Assembly: GCA_021802105.1 (NCBI GenBank)
Contig: JAKAAW010000002.1
Coordinates: 993 to 64,992, forward strand
Direction: 5' to 3'
DNA length: 64,000 nucleotides
From: Nanobdellota archaeon
GTDB lineage: Archaea > Nanobdellota > Nanobdellia > Parvarchaeales > Parvarchaeaceae
Shown: positions 9,435-18,899 of the stretch, one piece after another
How the letters are laid out: every line of letters begins with the position of its first letter
How positions within the stretch are numbered: the first letter of the stretch is position 1
Made by a program: the position numbers and the translations under genes
The notes under the pieces: generated by a model
The model's database searches: none
The model's input: only the letters and a program-made list of their open reading frames with translations
Told to the model about the DNA's origin: nothing

Positions 9435-10313
9435 ATATTAAATGAGTATTACTGGATTGCTATAACGATAACCGTCATAGCATTCACTTCGATAAACTTG
9501 TTTTCAAAGGCTTTTCTCAACAAAAAGAACTTGACAATATCATACAGGTCATTCATTCCTTTTTATCTCGCGTTTTCAGCCGCAGCAGCAGTTATAGTTG
9601 CCCTGTTTCTTGTTCATAGCATATCTATAAGCCCGGATGGGTTAGCATACGCCGCTTTGATGGGATTTATATACACTGTAGCTGCCTATCTGGTTTTTTA
9701 CAGCTTGGAAAATGAACAGGTTATGATAATAACCACAATAACCTCCTCCCAATTCATAATATTGTCTTTCCTTTCGGCAGTTATATTCATCCGAGCCCTT
9801 GTCCTCAAGGACACGATGCTTACAGTATTGATGCTTGCAGGCGTAATACTGCTTTCTATCGATAGAAAAAGAAAATTAAAGCTATCAAAATTTGCTCTTC
9901 TGACTTTTTTAGGAACAGTGGCGTGGGTCATAATGTGGCTTATATTCTACGCTACAATAGAGACGGGCACCTCTCCGTTCGTGTATTATACATGGCTGGC
10001 GATTTTTGCCGCTATTTTCTCCGTTGTGTTCTCCGTCGTCCTTGGGGTAAAGATAGCGGACCTTAAGTCTCCGATAAAGTCGAGAAAACTGACATCTTAC
10101 ATGCTGTCAGCAGGCGTAGCAAGCGGGGTTGGCACATTGATGTTCTCCTTTGCTTACAGCATGAACAGCGTCCTAAGTCCACTTTTTACTCAAATAAGCA
10201 TACCCTCCGTAGCGATACTAGCCTTTCTGCTGTTTAGAGATAGGATAAAGGTTACTGAAATAATTGGTGCGGCGGCGATAATAGTCTCTGTATTTTTACT
10301 GGTTCTGGCCTAA
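9435..10313 (+). CDS. EamA/DMT-family transporter (start anomalous)
   Basis: About 10 TM helices in two repeats; frame is open from 9435 but has no in-frame ATG at the expected start. Confidence 0.7.
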   Translation: MLNEYYWIAITITVIAFTSINLFSKAFLNKKNLTISYRSFIPFYLAFSAAAAVIVALFLVHSISISPDGLAYAALMGFIYTVAAYLVFYSLENEQVMIITTITSSQFIILSFLSAVIFIRALVLKDTMLTVLMLAGVILLSIDRKRKLKLSKFALLTFLGTVAWVIMWLIFYATIETGTSPFVYYTWLAIFAAIFSVVFSVVLGVKIADLKSPIKSRKLTSYMLSAGVASGVGTLMFSFAYSMNSVLSPLFTQISIPSVAILAFLLFRDRIKVTEIIGAAAIIVSVFLLVLA

Positions 10314-10361
10314 TCAGGCTCTTTAAGGCATTACTATACCAATACTTATCTATAATTTTAT

Positions 10362-10406
10362 CAACGTGAGCGGAAAATCAATCTCTTTAGATGTGGATGA
10401 TATCAC
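10362..10406 (+). mobile_element. IS200/IS605-type single-hairpin mini-element
   Basis: TTTAT|caacGTGAGCGGAAAAtcaatctcTTTAgatgtggatgatATCAC. Confidence 0.6.
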
Positions 10407-10430
10407 ATGTACAAGTACCTTGCCTTTAAT

Positions 10431-11093
10431 CTAAACAAAAGGTATGCCTATGTCCGCTATTATTATCTCACCGCACGCGTTTCTGCTTTCTCTACTCTTC
10501 AACATCCCTTTCTTTGGAGCGTGCATTGTGACTGTATAATCTGAGATAACAGAATGATCACAGACCCCGCTGTCCGCTTCCATCCCAGACGGTATATCTA
10601 CGCTGACCTTCGTCGCCGATTTTATGGAGTTTATAAAATTTATGGTCCGCATATGCAGCTGTCTTGGGATTCCTTTGAATCCGGTACCGAACAGTCCTAT
10701 TATTATAACATCACTGGCGACAATCATATTTTCAAGTGTCTTAAGTTCATTGAGTTCTTCGATGACATTTATCCTTACCCCATTTGTCTTCCTGAGAATC
10801 TTCCAGTTAACTTTGGCTTCTGGTGACGTTATCTTCTTTTTACTGCCTACAAGCGCTACATCAACGTCCAGACCATGGTAAAGTAGATGTCTGGCTGCGA
10901 CAAACGCGTCACCGCCGTTGTTTCCAGTTCCGGCCACTACGAGAACTCTTCTTCTGCCTGAAACTTTGCATAGATTATTGACAAGGTCAGATACGCTTTT
11001 ACCTGCGTTCTCCATCATTATTAGCCTTGATACGCCAGCTTTTATTGCAGCATCCTCTATTTCATGCATTTTGCCCGAAGTTACAGCTTCCAT
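10431..11093 (-). CDS. nnrE: NAD(P)H-hydrate epimerase (stand-alone YjeF_N)
   Basis: MMENAG, G.GNNGGDAFVAARHL, LFGTG, VDIPSG, IADIGIP. Confidence 0.9.
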   Translation of the reverse strand: MEAVTSGKMHEIEDAAIKAGVSRLIMMENAGKSVSDLVNNLCKVSGRRRVLVVAGTGNNGGDAFVAARHLLYHGLDVDVALVGSKKKITSPEAKVNWKILRKTNGVRINVIEELNELKTLENMIVASDVIIIGLFGTGFKGIPRQLHMRTINFINSIKSATKVSVDIPSGMEADSGVCDHSVISDYTVTMHAPKKGMLKSRESRNACGEIIIADIGIPFV

Positions 11094-11160
11094 GTGATGT
11101 GCTCAATGTATTTTATTATGCCGTACGATTTAAATTTTCAAATTTTTTAGCCCTCTTGCT

Positions 11161-11613
11161 TCAGTTCATCCTGAGCACTTCGCAGATCCATCCATTTGGA
11201 AGGTTCTTTTTCATTAGCTCAGAGACGTCACCTTTGAATGTCGCGTCAATAATAGGATAGATGTCCGATTCCTCTGTTAGGTTATGACTCTTCAATACTC
11301 TAATAAGGGATTCGGAACGTCGTGTAGCCAGATCAATGTCCCCAGTTTTTATCGCGTGTCCTATTATATCAAGAAGTTTCCATATAGCACCGTGCTCCAT
11401 CTCCAATCCTACCACTCTATTTCTGAACTCTTCTGAAAGATTTGGAAACAGTGCAGTCTCCTCAAGGAATATATGTGTCTTTAAGTCGTTCGCTATATCC
11501 TCGAAAATTGGCACAGCATTTGTGTTATTCTTTAATTCAACCACAAGTTCGCTCAGCATAGAACCAACTTTGTCGTGGTCTTTCGTCAAAAGTTCACTTA
11601 TGCCAAATCCCAA
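11161..11613 (-). CDS. Hemerythrin-like (HHE) domain protein
   Basis: DH, HIFLEE..LFP, EH, HN..EE..IYP; TTG start preceded by a GGGTGA Shine-Dalgarno-like motif. Confidence 0.8.
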   Translation of the reverse strand: MGFGISELLTKDHDKVGSMLSELVVELKNNTNAVPIFEDIANDLKTHIFLEETALFPNLSEEFRNRVVGLEMEHGAIWKLLDIIGHAIKTGDIDLATRRSESLIRVLKSHNLTEESDIYPIIDATFKGDVSELMKKNLPNGWICEVLRMN

Positions 11614-11617
11614 GGAA

Positions 11618-12154
11618 TCACCCTCTATTTATAAAAGCAGTCGTCTGTGCTGTCTTTGGTTTTATACTGAGTGCGTCAACGAATTTTTCGTCATATCCGC
11701 TGTATTTCATTATCCTGCCGCCTGTCCCAATAAATAGGTATATTCTGGTCTTGTCATATCCGAACTGCAGAGGAGGTATCAGTCCTCTCGAATCCTTAAG
11801 TCTTCTGAAATTCTGATCGTACGCCACTTTCAGAGAATTCATCTTATTCTTATTGACTGAGAACTGTTCGTTCATATCTTGGTCATAGAATATCAGTCTG
11901 CTGTCGCCAACTTCTATGAATCCAGCATGTTTGTGCAGGGGCTTTCCGAAAGGCTGCGATAAGTGGACACTTATCCATTGTTCATACATCCCTGCTTTCG
12001 GGATCTCATCCTTGAATATCCACAGCGCACTGAATAGATTCGTCCTCTCGCGTATATAATTCTCGATGAATTTGCTTCTTGGCACGTCTCCCCTGTGCGA
12101 ATCTACGAATCTTATTAGATGCTCATCAAGTGTTATGCTTATCTTCTCCTTCAT
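11618..12154 (-). CDS. Ribbon-helix-helix domain protein with uncharacterised C-terminal domain
   Basis: N-terminus KEKISITLD...VD...G...RSKFIE..I fits CopG/RHH. Confidence 0.6.
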   Translation of the reverse strand: MKEKISITLDEHLIRFVDSHRGDVPRSKFIENYIRERTNLFSALWIFKDEIPKAGMYEQWISVHLSQPFGKPLHKHAGFIEVGDSRLIFYDQDMNEQFSVNKNKMNSLKVAYDQNFRRLKDSRGLIPPLQFGYDKTRIYLFIGTGGRIMKYSGYDEKFVDALSIKPKTAQTTAFINRG

Positions 12155-12257
12155 GAGACATAGAAATCAGGCAAAATACTTAAGCATATCATTTAAGAGT
12201 CATAAAAGCGGAGCGATCGGACTTATTAATAATATATGGTTTTAGACCAACATAGGC

Positions 12258-12340
12258 GGCTTTCTTAACAAAGTTCGCTAATAAAGTTATATATGGTAGA
12301 TTAATACTTTATTGTCAGAAATGGTTATACTAACAAAGCC
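12258..12340. mobile_element. Degenerate MITE-like element abutting the HD cassette
   Basis: Left end GGCTTTcTTA at 12258, right end TAACAAAGCC at 12331-12340; flanks aacataggc / aacattgat match only partly. Confidence 0.4.
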
Positions 12341-12349
12341 AACATTGAT

Positions 12350-13120
12350 GGCTTTGCACATAAACTAAGCCTATCCTTTAATTAAAGTCGAATTTGTGTT
12401 CACCGAGCCCAATAAATGTGCGTACACTCCCATAATCTTCTTATCTTTTATTCCGCATTTTTTCTAGTTCATTTAAGATTGCAACCAGTTTCTTATCTTT
12501 TATTCTGGTTCTTGCAGTCGTATAGAACTCTTCAAGATCTAATCCGTATTTGCTTTCATATTCATATGCCTGGATAGCCATTTCCAGTTTATCCAGCTGT
12601 TTCACAAATCTAGCCTCTGGCGTCCTGTCCTCTTCAAACTCATCAAATAGTTTTATGTACTCTTCTCCTTCTTTGCTGAGAGATGAAAATATCCGTTTTA
12701 TAGCCCTGCTTTCTTTTTCTTTTTTTGATTGTGCCAAGTTTTCAGATATTTTTGTTCCTGCTCTTTCAGTAACTATGTCTCCTATTATAGATTCTCCGAT
12801 ATCGTGTATGAGTGCCATTTTAATCGATTTAAGTGGGTCAACATTCATCTCTTTAGCTAATAACATAGCTAAAATCCCGGTTCTAAAAGAATGCTCTGCT
12901 ACACTTTCTGGGTGAGGGATGTTATTCCTTACCCAACCTGTTCTTTCGATTGTTTTCAATATGCCGATGAATTTGTTGAACTTAATAATATCCATCTATA
13001 CAATAGAGCACAGATACTTCTTAAAGTTAATTTAGGAGTTTTTATTAACAATTTGGATTTATGTGCAGGAAGCCTAATTTGTGTGTAGGGGAAGGCTTTC
13101 TTTAATTGATGTGCAAAGCC
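12350..13120. mobile_element. Non-autonomous IS903-like (IS5 family) cassette carrying an HD-domain gene
   Basis: 12-bp perfect TIRs GGCTTTGCACAT (12350-12361) / ATGTGCAAAGCC (13109-13120); 9-bp direct repeat AACATTGAT at 12341-12349 and 13121-13129. Confidence 0.8.
12441..12995 (-). CDS. HD-domain 5'-deoxynucleotidase-like protein (HDDC2/YfbR family)
   Basis: LK...RTGW, ESVAEHSFR, ALIHDIGE...GDI, DKLE...QA.EY. Confidence 0.85.
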   Translation of the reverse strand: MDIIKFNKFIGILKTIERTGWVRNNIPHPESVAEHSFRTGILAMLLAKEMNVDPLKSIKMALIHDIGESIIGDIVTERAGTKISENLAQSKKEKESRAIKRIFSSLSKEGEEYIKLFDEFEEDRTPEARFVKQLDKLEMAIQAYEYESKYGLDLEEFYTTARTRIKDKKLVAILNELEKMRNKR

Positions 13121-13165
13121 AACATTGATGATAGCTTTAAATACTTTCGGCTGTTATACTTGAAT

Positions 13166-14518
13166 ATGGCGAAGTCTGCTTACACAGCACTGGATACAGC
13201 CAAAACAAGCGGAGAACACCTTAGAATAACGCTGTTATCCGTCGCAGGAACATTTCTTGATGGTTACGACATTTCTATAATTGGTGTAGCACTTACTATC
13301 ATAACAGCCCTTTCAGCTTTCAGCTATGCAACCACACCCTTAGGAAAGGGACTTATGGCGGCATCGACGACGATAGGTATGCTTTTTGGTGCCCTTTCAA
13401 TAGGTTACATAACCGACCTAAGGGGGAGAAAGTTCATGTACCTTTGGGATATGGTTATATTCATAGTCTTCACAGCTGCAATATCCTTATCGTTCAATTT
13501 CTGGTCTCTGTTTATATTCAGGCTCATCCTCGGTCTCGCTATAGGTGCAGATTATGCTATAGGTGCGACAATAATATCAGAATTTACTCCAAAGAAGTCC
13601 AGAGGAAAATTCCTCGCCAGTGATGGCCTTGCATGGTGGGTCGGAGCTGCCTTCGCTTTTGTAGTAGGCTACCTTCTATTGCCATTCGGAGACAATTCAT
13701 GGCGCTGGATGTTCGCTATAGGAATCATACCCGCAATAATAGTCCTTGTGCTTAGAAGAACCGTCCCAGAATCAGCGAGATGGCTAGCAACCCATGGGGA
13801 GATAGCAAAAGCCAGACAGACTGAGAAGATAATAACCGGTAAATCCGACATACTGAAGGTCTCAAGGCAGAAAGTTTCGTTCTGGACCCTTTTCGAAAAG
13901 AAATACATAAAGAACACGGTTTATTTCGGATTGGCGTGGTTCTTCTACGATGTAGCCTTTTATGGGATAGGACTTTTCACTCCGACCATACTGATACTTT
14001 TAGGACTAAGCCACTCGCTGTCTATCTTAGGTTCGGCGATATTCTCATCGCTGGCTATAATAGGTAGCGTGATGTGTATACTCACTGTCGATAGATGGGG
14101 TAGAAAGCCCATTACGATACTCGGGTTTGCAGGTATGTTTATATCACTTCTGGTGCTTGCTGTAATAGCGATGCTTGTACCTACGGATGCTTTCGCTGCA
14201 GGATTCACGGGAATCGCGATAGCTGCTATGTATATACTGTTTGAAGTTACGCAATCATGGGGCATGGGCAGCACAGACTTCGTTTACGGTCAGGAACTTT
14301 TCCCCACTACTATACGTGCAACCGGACAAGGTTGGGGTACTTCAGTCAGCAGGATAGGTGCGATACTTGGTCTTACTACGTTCCCTACTATTGTGGCCCT
14401 TTATGGTCTAGGCTATGGTCTGCTTTTCTTCGCGATAGCTGGTCTCATAGGGATGCTGCTCACAATCTTTATGGCCCCGGAGACTAAGGAGAAGTCGTTA
14501 GAGGAGCTCACAGAATAA
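13166..14518 (+). CDS. MFS transporter (sugar porter / phosphate:H+ symporter-like)
   Basis: FLDGYD, D..GRK, G.AIGADY, PES.RWL, ELFPT.IRA.G.G, PETK..SLEE; ATG 13166 lies downstream of a TATA-like TTTAAATA. Confidence 0.85.
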   Translation: MAKSAYTALDTAKTSGEHLRITLLSVAGTFLDGYDISIIGVALTIITALSAFSYATTPLGKGLMAASTTIGMLFGALSIGYITDLRGRKFMYLWDMVIFIVFTAAISLSFNFWSLFIFRLILGLAIGADYAIGATIISEFTPKKSRGKFLASDGLAWWVGAAFAFVVGYLLLPFGDNSWRWMFAIGIIPAIIVLVLRRTVPESARWLATHGEIAKARQTEKIITGKSDILKVSRQKVSFWTLFEKKYIKNTVYFGLAWFFYDVAFYGIGLFTPTILILLGLSHSLSILGSAIFSSLAIIGSVMCILTVDRWGRKPITILGFAGMFISLLVLAVIAMLVPTDAFAAGFTGIAIAAMYILFEVTQSWGMGSTDFVYGQELFPTTIRATGQGWGTSVSRIGAILGLTTFPTIVALYGLGYGLLFFAIAGLIGMLLTIFMAPETKEKSLEELTE

Positions 14519-14526
14519 GAATCTGG

Positions 14527-15252
14527 ATGGATATAAAATTTTTGGGTAGATGGAGTTCAAACATTGTTAAAAACCAGAGGAATATCTCTTTTGTTCTTGA
14601 CAATAAGATAGCTTTCGACTTTGGGCCTCACGCCTTAGAGTCGCTACTTGACTTCGGAATAGACCCGACTAAGATAACGATGCTCCTAATAACGCACATG
14701 CATCTTGACCATTACGCAGGAGTGGCCGAGCTTCTCTGGTATAGATCGATACACAAAGCTAGGGACCCTCTTTTGGTGCTAGGGCCAAAAGGCATAAGGA
14801 AAAACACGCATAAGCTGATGAAAGCTCTGAAAACTCCTGAGAATTGGTATAAAGAACAGATAGACACGAACACGGACTATATAGAAAACAAAGGCACCGA
14901 TTTTATACAAGTCTTTCATGCCGACCACCTTATACCAGATAATGGCTACAGAGTCGATTATAAAGGGAAGGCTATATTCTATTCCGGGGACACAGCTTAC
15001 TCCAAGAATGTAGTGGATGGAGCTAAGGATGTTGATATCCTTCTTCACGAGATGACCTACACTGAGAAGGACAGAAAAGCGGCAGATTTCTGGCGCCACT
15101 CCACATACAGCGATACGATGAAGGTTTTCAGGGAGAGCAATGCTAAGAAACTTATACCAGTCCATCTTTCAGGTTCGTCAAGCGCCTTGGCATGGAATGT
15201 CTCAAAAAAGATGAAGAATGTGGTATATCCTCCGAAGATTTTGAAGTTATAA
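14527..15252 (+). CDS. Metallo-beta-lactamase-fold hydrolase (RNase Z/ElaC/PhnP-like phosphodiesterase)
   Basis: THMHLDH, H, YSGDT, HE.TY, HST, VHL. Confidence 0.8.
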   Translation: MDIKFLGRWSSNIVKNQRNISFVLDNKIAFDFGPHALESLLDFGIDPTKITMLLITHMHLDHYAGVAELLWYRSIHKARDPLLVLGPKGIRKNTHKLMKALKTPENWYKEQIDTNTDYIENKGTDFIQVFHADHLIPDNGYRVDYKGKAIFYSGDTAYSKNVVDGAKDVDILLHEMTYTEKDRKAADFWRHSTYSDTMKVFRESNAKKLIPVHLSGSSSALAWNVSKKMKNVVYPPKILKL

Positions 15253-15294
15253 AAATAAAAAAAAGGATTAATTCACGCGTGTAGTTTGACTGTT

Positions 15295-16095
15295 ATGAAG
15301 ACCAAATCATTCAGCGATTTCTTCGCCTCAAAGAAGTTCGTTATATTTGACGGCGATGGCACATTGTACCTGGACAAAAATCCTATAGACGGTTCTAAAA
15401 GACTTCTCTCTCTTCTGGATATGACCGGAAAAGGCTTTGTTATCATAAGCAACAATGATTCAATTTCGTATAATTCAAGATTAAAACTGGTAAGAAAGAT
15501 ACTTGGAGTAAACATCCCCTCATCAAGATTTATTCTGCCGACTCAACCTACAATAGAATATCTAAAAGAAAAAGGGGTAAAATCTTTTGATGGGCTGGTC
15601 ACAGATGGGCTGAGACGGGACATTATCAATGGAGGCATAAGATATGATACTAACTCACCTCAGATAATAATTATAGGCTTTGACACGCAGCTTACATATG
15701 AAAAGCTCAGGAGAGTGGTATCACACATAAACAACGGAGTTGATTATCTGGTTACACACACAGACCCACTCTGTCCAGTTAAGAGTGGATCGATGCCGGA
15801 TGCTGGTTCGATATTCCAGCTTATCAGGGCTGCGACCAGAAAGGAGCCAGTTGTTATAATAGGAAAGCCATTCCGAAGAATAATAGATTACGTGCTGAGG
15901 GAGAACAGGCTAGACAAGAAAAACGTGCTGATAGTGGGAGACAGGGCGGATACGGACATAAAAATGGCTGAATCTAACTGCATAGACTCAGTCCTTATAG
16001 CTAGAGAGAAAGGTGAGCTAAGGAAACTCAGAGAACTTAAACTTTCCCCATCATACGTTTTTGATTCCCTGTCTGATATGTTAAAGGAGACATAA
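15295..16095 (+). CDS. HAD-IIA family (NagD-like) phosphatase
   Basis: FDGDGTLY, SNN, PDAGS, GKP, VGDR.DTDI. Confidence 0.85.
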   Translation: MKTKSFSDFFASKKFVIFDGDGTLYLDKNPIDGSKRLLSLLDMTGKGFVIISNNDSISYNSRLKLVRKILGVNIPSSRFILPTQPTIEYLKEKGVKSFDGLVTDGLRRDIINGGIRYDTNSPQIIIIGFDTQLTYEKLRRVVSHINNGVDYLVTHTDPLCPVKSGSMPDAGSIFQLIRAATRKEPVVIIGKPFRRIIDYVLRENRLDKKNVLIVGDRADTDIKMAESNCIDSVLIAREKGELRKLRELKLSPSYVFDSLSDMLKET

Positions 16096-16140
16096 GCACT
16101 CCTTAGATAATTATTTATCTAAGCGATTACTCAGCTTGAA

Positions 16141-17445
16141 ATGGACACTCCAAATATTGTAGTTATAGGCGGAGGGTCTGTAGGTTCTTTTATAGCTCAT
16201 GATCTCTCATTGAGGGGTCTTAGAGTAACCCTAGTGGAAAAGGGAAATATTCTGGGGGGCACTAGCGCCAGGTTTCACGGCATGCTTCATAGCGGTGCGA
16301 GATATGCAGTAAACGATGTGAACGAAGCAAGAAAAGTGATGGAAGACAATAGAGTAATATCTGATATAGCGCCGCACTGCATAGAGGACACAGGGGGGAT
16401 CTTTGTAGGCTTAGACAATGATGATCTAGATTATGCGTCAAAATTCACCGCAGGATGTAATCAGGCAGGAATAGACGTTAAGGATATTGAATTGGATAAA
16501 CTTAGAGAAAGAGAACCATTCATAACAAAAGATGCGAAAATAGCCCTCGGTGTTCCTGACAAAGTGATAAACTCTTTTAGATTGGTAACAAGCCTTATGT
16601 TGACTGCGAAGGCTGAAGGCGCAAGAATACTTCTCAGCAGTGAGGCTATAGGCTTTGAAACAGAAGGGAAACATGTAACTGGTGTTAAGGTAAGAGATTC
16701 TTCAGGGGTTTCCACACTGAAGAGTGATCTAGTCATAAACGCAAGCGGGCCGTGGATAGGTAAAGTTATGAGCGAGCACCTTGGCATAAATAGCATAGAT
16801 ATGATAATGTCTGCAGGTACAATGGCCGTTATGGAGAGAAGATTTACAAAGTCGATAGTCAATAGGTTAAGGCTCCCTTCAAATGGAGATATAATCGTCC
16901 CTTATTTCACAGAATCAATAATAGGAACGACGGCTTTTATAATAGGTGATCCGGATAACTTCGAGATAGACAAGGATGACGTAGATTTCCTCGTTGAAGA
17001 AGGGTCAAAGATGATACCTGCGATTAAAAACAGCAGGGTTAAGAGACATTATGCAGGTGTCAGGGCGCTGATATCATCCTCCAGTGACGGTAACGGAGAC
17101 AGGAACATAAGTAGGGATTTTAAGATATTTGATCATGAAACCGCGGATGGGGTAAGCGGCATAGCAACAGTAGGAGGAGGGAAGCTTAGCACCTCTAGGA
17201 TTATGGCAAAAAAAGTAGGGGATTTCGCATGCGGCAAGTTCGGAATAAGGGATGAATCGAAGACAGATTCCATAAAGCTTACTTGGCCAGAACTAAAAGA
17301 AGATAATATAGAGGAGATAACAAAAAAGACAGGCGTGTCTTCTCAGATACTAAAGGAACTCATTTCCGAGACTTCAGCAAAAACCTATAGCGACTTATAC
17401 TCACCAACAATGGACCTTGTTTATTCAAGGATGCTTTTTGATTGA
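16141..17445 (+). CDS. glpA: FAD-dependent glycerol-3-phosphate dehydrogenase, GlpA-like
   Basis: GGGSVG, GTS.RFHGMLHSGARYAV.D, IAPHCIEDTGG.FV, GDIIVP, GGKLST.R.MA. Confidence 0.88.
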   Translation: MDTPNIVVIGGGSVGSFIAHDLSLRGLRVTLVEKGNILGGTSARFHGMLHSGARYAVNDVNEARKVMEDNRVISDIAPHCIEDTGGIFVGLDNDDLDYASKFTAGCNQAGIDVKDIELDKLREREPFITKDAKIALGVPDKVINSFRLVTSLMLTAKAEGARILLSSEAIGFETEGKHVTGVKVRDSSGVSTLKSDLVINASGPWIGKVMSEHLGINSIDMIMSAGTMAVMERRFTKSIVNRLRLPSNGDIIVPYFTESIIGTTAFIIGDPDNFEIDKDDVDFLVEEGSKMIPAIKNSRVKRHYAGVRALISSSSDGNGDRNISRDFKIFDHETADGVSGIATVGGGKLSTSRIMAKKVGDFACGKFGIRDESKTDSIKLTWPELKEDNIEEITKKTGVSSQILKELISETSAKTYSDLYSPTMDLVYSRMLFD

Positions 17446-17446
17446 T

Positions 17447-17914
17447 ATGGAAACACAAGGGGAATTTGAAGTCAAATCAGCTCCAGAGAAAGTATGGAAT
17501 TCCATATCCGATGCCAAGGAGTTTTCCAAGTCTCTGCCGAATGTAAAAAACATAGAGACAAACGGGGACAAGTTCATGATAAAATTTGAAGTGGATATAA
17601 GAAAATACACAAGCAGATTTCTTGGAGCTTCATATCTTTCAAATATGAACACAAAGTTTGAAGGAGAGTTAAAAGACAAGGTCCAGAACAAGCACGTGGC
17701 CATTGATGGGACTGGTTATGCTATGGGTATGAAATTTTTCATATCTCTAAGCGTGGACATATTTCCGTCGCAGAACGGTACAAAGATAATATGGAAGGCA
17801 GAGATAGGCGCAGGAGGCTTAGCCAAGATATTTGGAGAATCCACCATGGAAGCAGCGGTAAAGGACACGGTCGGTCAGATAATAACCAACATAGAGGATA
17901 GGCTCAACGAGTAG
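17447..17914 (+). CDS. CoxG/SRPBCC-family protein
   Basis: GEFEV....EKVW...D.......LP pattern and C-terminal amphipathic helix; starts 1 nt after the glpA stop. Confidence 0.75.
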   Translation: METQGEFEVKSAPEKVWNSISDAKEFSKSLPNVKNIETNGDKFMIKFEVDIRKYTSRFLGASYLSNMNTKFEGELKDKVQNKHVAIDGTGYAMGMKFFISLSVDIFPSQNGTKIIWKAEIGAGGLAKIFGESTMEAAVKDTVGQIITNIEDRLNE

Positions 17915-17987
17915 GTCATTAATTTATTCTATAAATTTTAACTATTTTGTAATGATTAAAAAGTATTTATATTAGGTACTATCACAT

Positions 17988-18695
17988 ATGGATAATATGG
18001 TTCTGAAAGAAATCGGGTCAGCCATTGAAAAAATATTGAACGATGATGTAATAATCTCGACTAAGAAATCCTATAATAATATAACGGATAGCGACATACA
18101 CGATATTTACTCCAATATTCAGTCAGCAGTCGGGAAAGACAACCTGATACTTTTCGGCGGTTGCGCACTTTTGCATTACATAAAACACAAGCCATCAGAT
18201 GTGGATGTCATAATCCGCTATGGTGGTGATATAAAAGCTCTAAGCCAAAAACTCTCCGATAAGTTTGATAAACTTGAGATGGTATCTCATCCTTTCCTAA
18301 ATGCAAAAGTTTACAAAACTATCTACACTAGTGATTCCGGTCAAAAAATACCCGTGGATATGTTCACTAATCCTCCGTCCAAGCGTGTTTCAATCGATGG
18401 CGTTTTCAGCCGTGGAAAGCGTGCCTATACGGACGGCATGCTCGTCAACGTAGCTAATCAGCGTGATCTTGCAGAATTCGCGTACGCCTCATGGAAAAAC
18501 CGTTTGTTCAATGGCAGGGGCGATAAAGATCACGAATATCTTGTTAATCTTGACCGAAAATTCGGTGATTCAACAGTACCTCCTCAGTATATATCTGGAA
18601 CACACAGCAATCCAGCATCCAGATTGAAGAGCGTTCTCGGCGTTTACATTGCCGGCGCGATGCGCGATAGGATAAGAAAGGAAGCGCGATATTAG
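17988..18695 (+). CDS. Putative nucleotidyltransferase-fold protein
   Basis: LILFGG.AL...SDVDV resembles the hG[GS]x(n)DxD motif. Confidence 0.45.
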   Translation: MDNMVLKEIGSAIEKILNDDVIISTKKSYNNITDSDIHDIYSNIQSAVGKDNLILFGGCALLHYIKHKPSDVDVIIRYGGDIKALSQKLSDKFDKLEMVSHPFLNAKVYKTIYTSDSGQKIPVDMFTNPPSKRVSIDGVFSRGKRAYTDGMLVNVANQRDLAEFAYASWKNRLFNGRGDKDHEYLVNLDRKFGDSTVPPQYISGTHSNPASRLKSVLGVYIAGAMRDRIRKEARY

Positions 18696-18899
18696 CAGCT
18701 GGCAGTATTCGATGTTCCTGTTGTTATTTCTCAGCAGGGTAATCGCAATCCTCTCTGACCGAGCAGCGGAGCGTCCTATTCCCAATATAGCATTTTATAT
18801 CAAAACTTGTATCTAAATAAGATTACCACTCTTACACAAAAGAAAATTGGTAAAGTCCAAAAACGAAGCTTTTAAATATGATTAAGTTTTTATATTCCT

